From NCBI GenBank assembly GCA_038087875.1, contig CM075991.1, forward strand, positions 5,952,001 through 6,016,000: a stretch of DNA of 64,000 bases, given 5' to 3'. This DNA comes from Malacoraja senta (lineage: Eukaryota). Below the pieces are notes generated by a model. The model saw only the letters and a program-made list of their open reading frames with translations, was not told the origin of the DNA and did no database searches. The translations under genes and the position numbers were made by a program. This document shows positions 13,901 to 24,716 of this stretch, piece after piece (position 1 is the stretch's first letter; the number at the start of each line of letters is the position of its first letter).

Positions 13901-16900
13901 TCCAGATATATCGCCTACTGTACTATGGGAATCTTTTAAAGCATTCATTAGAGGTATTATAATCTCATATCAAGCTTTTCAAAATAAAAAGAATAAGACT
14001 GAACAAAGACAGTTAGAAGAACTTATTAGACAAACGGATATAGATAATGCTAAAGATCCATCAATAGATAAACATAATAAAATAATAATTTTGAAATTTA
14101 AATTAAATAAACTATTATCAGCCAAACTTATAAGAGTTTTCCAAATTACAAAACAGGAGCACTTTGAATTTGGGGATAAACCGCATAAATTTTGGCTCGC
14201 CAGCTAAAAAAACGAGAAAAAGAACATACGGTCCCAAAGATTAAATCAGATAGAGGGGAATTATTAACCATACCGAAGGATATTAATAAAAGATTTGCGC
14301 AATTTTATGAGAATTTGTATACATCTAAAACGACAACTGACTCCAATAAAATGACAGAGTTCTTGGATAATTGTAATCTTCCAAAGTTAGAGTTGAAGGA
14401 ACAAGAGGAATTGGGTGCACAAATCTCAATTAAGGAATTAGAACATACAATAAACTCATTAAAGAATGGAAAAACACCAGGTCCTGATGGATTTACTAAT
14501 GAATTTTATAAAAGCTTTTATGACAAAATTATACCACGATTACAAAAAGTGTATCAATATGCTTAAAAAAAACAAATATTACCTGATACATTAGCTGAAT
14601 CAACGATCACACTAATACTTAAAAAAGGCAAAGATATAGAAGAACCGGGTTCATGTGGAGCTATAGCATTGTTAAATACAGATAAAAAAATATTAGCGAA
14701 AACATTAGCTAGAAGATTAAGTAAATATATTAGTAAACTAATAAACCCAGATCAGACGGGGTTTATCCCTAAGAGATATTCATCTAATAATATGAGACGT
14801 CTACTCAATATAATGTACTCACACAAAATTGAAGAACAAGAATTATCAATTATTTCGCAGGACGCTGAAAAAGCATTTGACCAAGTAAAATGGAATTATA
14901 TGGATAAATATGACAAAAATTCCAACTGGGAGAGAATTTTAGTTTATGGATTAAACTATTATATAATAAACCTACAGCTAGAATATTAACTAATAACATA
15001 TTATCCTCGAAATTTCAACTATAAAGGGGAAATAGACAAGGATGCTCATGATCACCACAGTTGTTTGCTCTCATAATTGAACCGTTAGCAGAAAAAATTA
15101 GAACACATCCAGATGTCCATGGGTATAATACTAAATGTCCAAATAATAAAATATCTTTATACGCAGATGATATATTATTGTACATTACAAAACCTCAAAT
15201 TACTATACCAAACATATTAAATCTAATTGAGGACTTTGGATCTTTTTCTGGATACAGAATAAATTGGAATAAAAGTGAAATTATGTCAATAAAACCGAAA
15301 GACTCAACACATCTTTTAAAATGCCCTTTTAAAATAGCTACAGAAAAATTTAAATACTTGGGTATTGAAATCACTAGAACATATCAAGGCATGTTTAAAG
15401 CACATTTTGATCCTTTACTTAATAAATTAAATACACAAATTAAATTTTGGAAAACGCTCCCGATGTCTTTAATAGGCCGAATCAATGCAATAAAAATAAT
15501 CTTCTTACCACAAATTTTATACCTATTTCAATCGATTCCTATATATCTACCAAAGAAGTTTTTTTTTAAACTGGATTCAGTCATTACTAATTTTATATGG
15601 GACTATAAATCACATAGAATACAAAGAACACACTTGAACAAAGCTAAAGTATTAGGGGGCGTAGCACTCCCTAACTTCATGTATTTGAGTCCTGAAAAAC
15701 GCTATATAAATAAAATCTATTATTATTATTATGGTCAGTAAATATTAAAAAAATATGATTCAACTGATGGACAACTCTGCCCAGCAACTGGACAGGATTG
15801 TAATGGAGAGAGAGGACTGCTCCTCTGGAAACATTGGAGCGATCCTCCTCTCACCAATGAAACTGAATAACATAAATTATAACAAAAACCCAATTATACA
15901 TAGTACAATCAGAACTTGGAAACAAATAAAACAAAATTTAAAACTAAGAAATCTATCGCTGTTATCTCCAATAGTTAATAACCCTTCGTTTAATCCCTCT
16001 ATTACAGACACATCTTTTATACAATGGGATAGACTAGGAATTAAAACGTTCAGTGACTTGTATGAAACTGGAAAATTATTATCATTCCAACAATTACAAA
16101 TAAAACATAAACTGGGAAATAATCAATATTTTAAACATTTTCAATATGTGACTATTTCAAAAAATATACAAAAGATCATTATATTATCCCAGCTGATGTA
16201 CTGGATGAAGCAATGCAGATACAAGCTGAATCAGCAAACTTAATATCATATTTGTATAATATTATCTTAAATGTAGAAATACCATCTACGGAAGGTATGA
16301 GAAGAGACTGGGAACAAGAATTTGCTATTAAAATCTCAAAGGAAAGGCGGAATGAACATTTACTAAACGTGCATAAATGTTCGATTAATGTAAGGCACAC
16401 TTTAATACAATTTAAAATTTTACATAGATTATATTATTCCAAAACTAAAATTAATAAAATTTTCCCTAATGTATCATCCATTTGTGATAAATGTCAATCT
16501 CAAGAAACTACTATAGCGCACTCATTTGTTTTCTGTACAAAAATTCAAAAATTTTGGATTGACATTTTTGAAATCTTTACAAAATTATTAAAAATACAAC
16601 TGATACCTAAAGCAGAATGGATTATCTTCGGAACAACGGAAGATAGTCCAGAACTAAATGTGTTTCAAAAGAAATTAATAGACTATGGGTTAATAACTGG
16701 AAAAAAATTAATCCAAAGAATTCTGGAAAAACGCTCCAATACCAACAATAAACATGTTGATTTCAAATATGTTCGAAACATTACACCTAGAAGAGATAAT
16801 TCTCCTCCTGGCAGGTAAACCAGATCACTTCCACCTGACGTGGTCTGCATTTATAGAATTATTACAAGTATAGGGTGCAAAAGTAAGGGGGGATGAAAGC

Positions 16901-17235
16901 TGGAGAGTTGGTATATCCCATTTGCGTGATGCTTATAATAAAGTATTTGTCTTTCTCTTTACCCTCTTTCTCTTTTTTCTTCTTCTTTAGGATCTATCTC
17001 TTAATTCTTTTTTTAAATGTAATTCTTACAGGGTCTTTGTTCTTTCTTGTTGTCACGTTCTTACACCTTCATTATTTTCCTTCACTTTCTCCTTTCTCGC
17101 AATCTCATCCTTTCCCTTTTATTAGTGTAAAAAATGACGGAGTATATTAATTGTAATAAGATATACGTGACGAGTACTAATGTAATTGGTTGTAATGTAA
17201 TGTACTTCTAATAAATAAAAATGTATTAAAAAAAA
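10920..17235 (+). mobile_element. Full-length (~6.3 kb) L1 LINE nested in DIRS1; ORF1 ~11193-12148, ORF2 ~13041-16870, both disrupted
   Basis: ORF1 coiled coil + RRQNLRILGVSEGTEG; ORF2 endonuclease (SWNIRG, LQETH, NIYAPN, IDYF), RT (YADD), CCHC (CDKC..AHSFVFC); AATAAA + A tail; splits the DIRS frame EWMLNH / ...KDIISRYGTPDIDLFAS. Confidence 0.95.
15685..15728 (+). mobile_element. Very short L2/SINE-type 3' tail inserted in L1 ORF2
   Basis: ttgagtcctgaaaaacgctatataaataaaatc(tat)n interrupts the L1 PNFMY..VNIK segment. Confidence 0.6.
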
Positions 17236-18920
17236 TTGTTTTAAGGATATTATTTCTAGGTATGGAACACCGGATATAGATTTGTTTGCATCCAGGCTAA
17301 ATCATCAGTTACCGAAGTATGTTGCATGGGAACCAGACCCAGGGGCTGTAGCGGTAGATGCTTTCTCGATACATTGGGGAGGAATGTTTTTCTATGCATT
17401 TCCCCCATTCTGCCTTGTCAGTCGATGCCTGCTTAAAATTAAGCAAGACTCTGCCTCGGGTATTCTAATAGTCCCTGACTGGCCTACTCAGCCATGGTAT
17501 CCACTCATTTTGGGTATGATCATAGAACCCTTCATGGCGGTTCCCAAATGCAGGAATCTGCTAATTCACCCCATCACTGGGGAAGAACATCCTCTACATG
17601 ATCGGCTAAACTTATTCGTTTGCAGGTTCTAAGAAGACCTTTCCTCGGGCTTGGACTGTCTGGACGTTCGGTGGATGTGCTGACTGAAGCCTGGAAAGAC
17701 AGCACTAAAAAACAATACATCTCCTACATGAAGAAATGGGAGATCTTCTGCTTGCAATCGAATATCTCGTATGACATAGCGCACATAACCAATATTTTGG
17801 AATTCCTCGCAAAGCTTCATTTTGACGAGAGACTGAGCTATAGTGCTCTAAATTGTGCCAGAAGTGCGCTGTCGTCATACTTGTTACCGAGCTCGGGACA
17901 CCACTTTGTTGGGTCTCATCCATTAATAACCAGATTCATGAGGGACATCTTCAACGAACCCTCCCAGGCCCAGATACACGGAAATTTGTGATGTAGGGGT
18001 GGTACTAACTCTGCTTCGCCAATGGGCTCCAGCAACAATCCTGTCCCTACTCCGGCTTACGTACAAGGTCGTGATGCTTATGGCACTAGTGTCAACTCAA
18101 CGAGTCCAGTCATTGCAGAAGCTACGTCTGGATAGGATGGCTACTTCTGCCAGTGTTATAACCTTATTTGTGTATGATCCAATCAAACAGAGTAGAGCAG
18201 GTACTTCCGGCCTTAAGCTACTGTTCATGGCATACCCCTTGGACCCCCGGATATGTGTGGTCTTACACCTCCAGCAGTATATTAAGATCACCGAGCGACT
18301 CAGGGGGTCAGAACTAGCGTTATTTGTTAATTACAAGAAACCGCATAAAAAGGTTTCAGCTCAGACCATATCCAGGTGGTTGAAACAGGTTCTGGCTGAT
18401 GCTGGTATAGACACTGAAATATTCAAATCTCATTCCACCAGGGCTGCAGTTACGTCCGCAGCAAGGGTCTTGGACGTCCCGCTGGACCATATTCTAGCAG
18501 CCGCAGGATGGTCCTGATAACGCACATTCCAGACATACTTTAACAAGCCCTTAGCCAGACCATGTGTGTTTGCAATCTCCATTTTAAGTTCCGTTTCAGT
18601 CTCCTCTCGGGTGAGAGAGGTTACTATTATTATTTTGTCCATTACACCTCAGCATGTTTAAATTTATGTCATGTCTGAATGCTTAATTTCCACTCTTCCT
18701 TGGTCAACTGCAGTGGTGACGTATGAACTCGTTCCACGGCATGAAGTCACAGAGCTTTAAAATCTTCACGTAGTCACTCACGTGACTCTGAAGTAAAATA
18801 GTAAGATAAACGAGAACTTACCAGTTTGAAGTTTGATCTTTATTTTATGAGGAGTTACGATGAGGGATTATGTGCCCTCCGCTCCCAACCCTCCTCATAA
18901 AAGTTCAGCTGGTAGTTCAG

Positions 18921-19150
18921 CTCATATTATTTGGATACCCTATGTGGTTCATACTCTGAAATGGCAAGCACGTAATTTATTTTACATCGATAGATATTTG
19001 AGCAGCCTGGAACAGTTTGGATATATGTTGCAGATTGTCAGTATGTGCACAAACACGTGTATCTATACACTGACACAGAGGAAATTCAGGGATAAGCTGA
19101 AGAGTGGAGTGAAATATCTACTCACATTGAATGGCCGATTATGTAGTTGA
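18921..19150 (+). pseudogene. Class A GPCR fragment (TM6-TM7-helix 8), GPR139-like family expanded in elasmobranchs; 5' part missing
   Basis: IIWIPYVVHTLKWQARNLFYIDRYLSSLEQFGYMLQIVSMCTNTCIYTLTQRKFRDKLKSGVKYLLTLNGRLCS*; AATAAA at ~19186. Confidence 0.7.
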
Positions 19151-20432
19151 CGTGTAACTCTGATAGCAACTTGGATGAAATTTCAAATAAATGTCTTTAA
19201 CAATTCGTACGTTCGGTAAAATGCAGAATGACAGAATCTCAGCAGAATGTTTCATTTTTAGCTATTTTAACTACGTTCTATCTTGGCCATTTTCCCATCA
19301 TGCTCGCCAGTATGTGAGCTCCAGTGTTACCCAAACTACAACCTACTCATCTTCCTTATAATTCTCAAAATTCTCTACATTTCCCCCTCTTGGCAATTGG
19401 TCACACCCAATTAATCCATATTAAACAGCACCCACTAATACACCTACTGAATGAAACTCATTGTTGTCTGTTATCCCCTCTTCCCACCTGCCTAACTAAA
19501 ATCAGGGTTTTCAACTTATTGTATATCCTCCTGTGAAACCAATATAAGAACAAAGTAATCACTATCAATAACTGTACAAAAACTAATCAAAGGGTGCACG
19601 TTACTATTCAGTCCCCAGTTGCAGGCTCTTTCCCACCAAGTCCTTTTTCTCAATATGTCCTCTGCTTCTCTGCCATGCATCCGAATAGGCTTAGTGCTCC
19701 CAGGCCAGTTATGTATAACCATTTCACCCTCCTTAGTCAGTGTCTTCCAATCAGCATGGAGGTGTGGTATTGGTTGAAGTTTGTTTGCGACAAATCTTCT
19801 TAACTGCACGTCCGAGTCATTCCGTACGACAATGAAGCTTACTGTTATCGATTTTCCCACCGACGGTACCATTAATTTCTTGTCTCGGATAGTGATCTGT
19901 CTCGTAAAACTCCGGTTTACAATATTATGCCACAGTAGAGTACATTTCCGACCACTCGTTCAATGCCACTTAGCAGAGGGAGCGACCTAATATTTTCCAA
20001 TTTATAGGCAACACAAGCAAAAGAAACATTAGGTTTTACATCAATCGAAAGCTTACCGTTATTATAATGAGTAAATCCACAACCAAACTCCATAATACGC
20101 ATTATTTCTTCTTTGATGACATCGGTCCAATATGATGCCCCTTGATACTTTACCACTTATCACATTATGTTCAAGAGCATTGTGCATTGTTATCGAAGCT
20201 CCCTCTTTCTACTGACCATTAATGTGCAACTGGTATAGGATAAACGTCTTATTCTTCAGCTGGCGTGGGACATGGAGAATAACTCCAAAAATATATGTTC
20301 CCTGAGCATCTTAGTATATCCGATCCACTTGTCTCTCCATAGACAACGATCTTATGTGACAGTCAGATTGCATATCTTGACTCCATTTTTCCAGTTGTTG
20401 GTTCGATATCAAATTAGGGACTTGGTGAGTAG

Positions 20433-21860
20433 TGTAAATAGTCATTACACACGTGTAGCATTATAATAGTCTTTAATAAGTATACAGAGTTAAACAACAC
20501 ATGAGTGTTCCCGGACTCCAGTCTGCTACTCTACTGCGCAGGAGAAGCAGGCGTTATTATAAATGATACTTATGGCGGGGTTAGTAGTGGTGAGGTAGCT
20601 ATATGATTGGTTGCATGCATAAACCATCTACATCCTTCCCCTTAGAAGATTAAACATGAACGCATGATTAAACATGGTGGATAACTATGGCAACGAATTA
20701 AACAAAATCACCATACCGAACAGGCGGCTTGCTGACACGGCCCAAGCGCGTACGGATCAACCCTCCCCCCCCTCCCCTCACCAGAAACGACAGGCATCAG
20801 AGAAATGGTTCAATTTCTTGCAATAGTTGCAGGCTTTACCAAAGGCAGGGCTTGGCGACTGCCTGCGATGCATGTAGTTACAGTTCGGGCATTTGGGGGT
20901 TTCACCGCCAGATACGGGGCCGGGCAGAGGCACAAATGGTGCGTTATCAAATCGAGGTTGCGGTCTATTGAACCCGGTCAGGTTGATAGATTTAGTGTCC
21001 GAATCACGCTGACTGTCTGGCGGGTCAATGGCCTCAGCCATTCTGCAGGTATGCATGGCTTCGTTTAAGGTCAGGTTGGGTCGGCGGAGGAGCTCTGATC
21101 TCAGTTTCTGATCTAGCATCCCTGTCACCAAAATATCTCTAGTTAGCTGGTCTGTCATAGCTTCGAACCTGCACCTCTGGGCTAGGTAGCGTAAATCGGC
21201 GATGAAGCACTCGACAGGCTCCCCGGGCAACTGCTTGCGAGTAAAGAATCGCGCCCTCTCTAAAATACGTTTAGAGGGCCGGTCACAAATCTCCCCGAAC
21301 TTGCGTAGCAGTACATGCGGATCTTCCGCAGTTTCCATGGGTACGAGTACCTGATTGTTGGCACCCAGGACTTCTGGGGCAAAATTGAAGGTCCTGGCTC
21401 TTGTCATGGCGTCGGGGCCGGCAAGGTTGAGAAGAAGCGAGGCTTTGACATCATCGGGCTCGTTCCGATGAGCAATAGTCATGTAGTGGCGGTAGTCCAG
21501 TTCGAAAGTAGCCCAGCGCTCCGCGATGCCCGAATCGAAGACGGGCTGAGCAGGCTTTCGGCAAGAGGAAGCCATTGTCAACATGAAAATAAAAACTTAG
21601 CAAAAGAAATAAAAACCTATAAACAGGAGACGCGAGTAGTCACTGTCTGACACCATGTAAATAGTCATTACACATGTGTAGCATTATAATAGTCTTTAAT
21701 AAGTATACAGAGATAAACAACACATGAGTATTCCCGGACTCCAGTCTCTGCTACTGTACTGCGCAGAAGGAGAAGCAGGTGTTATTATAAATTATACTTA
21801 AGGCGGGGTTAGTAGTGGTGAGGTAGCTATATGATTGGTTGCATACATAAACCATCTACA
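20433..21860 (-). mobile_element. Non-autonomous gag-only Gypsy LTR element (1.43 kb)
   Basis: LTRs 20433-20632 and 21656-21860 (TG...CA); PBS TGGTGTCAGA at 21655-21646; PPT at 20633-20645; 5-bp TSD agtag/ggtag; gag ORF 20778-21584 with CNYCKKLNHFSDAC knuckle. Confidence 0.92.
20778..21584 (-). CDS. Gypsy gag (268 aa), open frame
   Basis: ERARFFTRKQLPGEPVECFIADLRYLAQRCRF...RDILVTG; C-terminal Zn knuckles. Confidence 0.8.
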   Translation of the reverse strand: MLTMASSCRKPAQPVFDSGIAERWATFELDYRHYMTIAHRNEPDDVKASLLLNLAGPDAMTRARTFNFAPEVLGANNQVLVPMETAEDPHVLLRKFGEICDRPSKRILERARFFTRKQLPGEPVECFIADLRYLAQRCRFEAMTDQLTRDILVTGMLDQKLRSELLRRPNLTLNEAMHTCRMAEAIDPPDSQRDSDTKSINLTGFNRPQPRFDNAPFVPLPGPVSGGETPKCPNCNYMHRRQSPSPAFGKACNYCKKLNHFSDACRFW

Positions 21861-22847
21861 GGTAGCTAACATTAGAATGCCACCCTGTACCTGACACATT
21901 AGCCAGTTGGAATAAATACCACATACCTGTTCCCTACGCTCATCCTGAGAAATATTACTCAATAGATTACTCAGTCTATCGTTCTGTTTTTTGACTCCTC
22001 ATTGGGTTTAAGAACGTTATCTCCCGCAAGGAAGATTTGCAGTGCTTTCTCCCCTACCTTACAAAGTGTTTCGGCACCTTTAAATCCCAGTAGGCCACTT
22101 TCCATGTCTTCTTTCCAACTGTTCTAATTTCACAATAGGTTCTGCTACATCCATCACATTAACCCGTGGATAACTCTGTTGCATATCCAGCGCCCATTAT
22201 CTCTATAATTTCCCTTCGGGTTCTATTAGGCAGTGGGCCGAGGAGCTTTTTTGTGCAGTTTGGTGACCCAACACGTAACTACGTGAAATTTTCATATATT
22301 GTGTAAAAATATTATATAAATCATCCCTGCAACTCGTCAAGAACAAAATTGCGCATATTTATTAAATTAGAGAAAAACCGGAACATTTTCGGGTATTTTT
22401 AGTCCAATCAATGCACACTTAACATTGAGTCGGACGACAGTTGGCCAATCACGCGGTTTCATGCTAGCTAGGCAGGGAGCACACAACATGGCTTCTACTG
22501 ATGCCTGTTTTACTGGAGATTCCGACGAAGGTTCTTTGTTGTTCTGTGGATTACATGTCGTGGAAACTTGCAGCAGGGTAATTGAATTTAGTGAGAAAAG
22601 CATTAAGAAGTCTGAAGAATGTGCAGCTAAGTGGATAGAAGTGGAACAAAGCCTTGAAAGCAAAGTCCCTGCTGAGGTGCTGCAACACAAAGAGGACAGC
22701 CAATTCGTGAAACCAGTCAAACTTTGTGAACGAATTGGAACTGAAAGGTAAGATCTAAAGTCTGAATTTATGAAAATGTATCTGTATGGACTTTAATTAA
22801 TTTAATTGCACCCTTTTATAATGTGAAAAAATGAGATTTGGAATGAG

Positions 22848-22972
22848 ATTCACTCATTCATTCACTCACTCGTTCACGCATTCACTCATTCACTCATTCA
22901 TTCACTCATTCATTCACTCACTCGTTCACGCATTCACTCATTCACTCATTCATTCACTCATTCATTCATTCA
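22848..22972. repeat. (CATT/CACT)n simple repeat with a higher-order duplication
   Basis: Direct inspection. Confidence 0.9.
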
Positions 22973-23634
22973 TGAAGTTGAGGGCCTAAATTATGTGTAT
23001 CCATAACAAAGTAAATTAAACATTTCCGCTAATGCCAGCTTGTTGAATTCAAATAAGTTTTCTTTAGCATCTATTCTCGGAGCTGCTGCGATAACTTACC
23101 GGAGGCTGTACATAGTGCCGTCCGTAGCGGCCGTTTCCAGGCCCCGACCACGGGAGAAAAATGGAGGAATTATTCACTGCACTTTATAGGCTTCCATTGG
23201 AGTGAGAAATGGTCAGAAATGGCTGATGTTTATGTCGAAATGAATTGGTGTATATGAACTTGAACTAATTTACCTATGGTAGTAACAATGTTATTCTCAT
23301 TAACATTAAGAAGAGGTTGAAATATTATGAATTGAAGTCCATGCAGATTTAATGACTATGAGATGTTTTTTTTATAGCCTCTGCCTGGCCCTCAACTTGA
23401 ACTTGAACTAACTTATCAATGGACTTATCAAAACTTATCAAAAGACTTGGAATCTGATGAAGAATATTCAGATGAAGATCAGATGTAATTTAAACAAATA
23501 AATTAGGGAAATAAATGATTATATAAAGTTTTATTTTAATGTCGATCGTTTCAATGTTTATTTGGTCAAATTATTTAAACAATGAGTGAATTACTTGTGA
23601 TAATGGCGTGCTGGTGAATGACAGTGCGACAGTC

Positions 23635-23935
23635 CACCCACGACCCACCCATCCACACATACATACATTCATACACACATACACACGTACATCCGTACGC
23701 ACAGTTCCATGCCTGCACACACGCACACATGCATGCACATATACATCCACACACATCCACACATCCATCCGCACGCAGACATACATGCACACATCCATGC
23801 ACACACATACATCCACACACATACATCCACACATACATCCACACATCCATCCATCCACACATACATACACACTTACATCCACACACCCACAGATACAGGT
23901 TTGACAGGAATACACAGACACACACACTAACTACA
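23635..23935. repeat. Degenerate CA-rich low-complexity repeat
   Basis: Direct inspection; source of spurious HT/CV ORFs. Confidence 0.9.
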
Positions 23936-24716
23936 GATACTCAAACAATGCAACACTTTTAGGGTTATTTTAGGTTAAAAGTAATAGCCCTCATTTGCAA
24001 AGGCACCATCGGGGGATCTCTGACATAAATATAGGCTCATTGTAGGTTAAAATGAATACTCATCAAGGAAACATCAGAGCATTCGAATCTTGGTCAGGAT
24101 TGACATTCACATCAGAAATAAGACAGGTCTCTTACAGGTCTGTCACCCAGGTTAATTCTCTCGTGGGTGTTGAGCACCATTCCGCAATGTCCAACCCCGT
24201 AAGGTTCAATCGGTATGTAATCTTCCGCCGTCCTGGAGGAGACTGGAAAAAATCAAGGCAGGACAAAGCGTAGCAGCGTGAATCACATTGGGGGAGCAGT
24301 GAGAGACTGTCTCGCAGTGGCATTAAATTACATTTAGACGGGCTCGTGGATGGGAAAGGTTGAAAGGGACATGGACCAAACACAGGTAGCGGGGACTAGC
24401 ATGAGTGGGATATGTTGGTCGGCATGGGTACGTTGGGGTAAGGGGCAGTTTCGTTGCTGCATGACCCTATGACTCGAACGGTGATATGGAGGTTGTGGAG
24501 GCCAGTGAGTTGAAAGGTGGGACTAGAGAAACTCCACCTCTCTTCGTGAAAGTTGAAAGACTGGTTCTCCAAGGCGGAGAATAAAGTCTGCAGACGGTTC
24601 CAGCGGGACAGAGGTTGGCCGCTCAGACACTGCGGAAAATAAAATCTGCAGGCGGTGTCACCAGAAAATAAGTTGCCCTCTCAGACACTTGGGAGAAGCG
24701 ACCTGGTTGGGAGATA

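Larger units (their letters stand above)
7970..18915 (+). mobile_element. DIRS1-type tyrosine-recombinase retrotransposon (gag, RT, RNase H, MT-like, YR), interrupted by an L1
   Basis: gag-like 8141-9363; RT 8970-10406 (IDLKDAYYSVPI, YLDD); RNase H 10544-10919 (DNTTAVAY, HLPGRFNTVAD); DLFASRLN...YAFPPF 17282-17632; YR 17620-18517 (HSTR); 7969-8005 is the reverse complement of 18763-18799 with one mismatch. Confidence 0.95.
19265..22230 (-). mobile_element. 3' end of an env-bearing LTR retroelement: decayed F-like env (copy 2), PPT, start of 3' LTR; interrupted by a Gypsy element
   Basis: Minus strand reads NRTRR|EIIEIMGAGYATELST (furin site + fusion-peptide-like, from 22227), later WWERACNWG..HPLISF / VQLLIVITLFLYWFHRR (TM); then AAGAGGGGGAAA-TGTAG at 19391-19375; the LTR far end is approximate. 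Confidence 0.7.

Noticed and set aside
17282..17632. Stand-alone DNA adenine methyltransferase-like gene
   Set aside because: Standard MT-like domain of DIRS1 pol, separated from RNase H only by the L1 insertion
18843..18902. Hairpin ttttatgaggag...ctcctcataaaa as an ncRNA or terminator
   Set aside because: Lies in the DIRS 3' terminal region, where inverted complementarity is expected
19781..19990. Repeated small ORF MFA(I/T)NLLN... (also 7425-7622)
   Set aside because: Antisense reading of the duplicated env relic
22848..22972. CRISPR-like periodic repeat
   Set aside because: Simple CATT-based satellite with no unique spacers, in eukaryotic DNA
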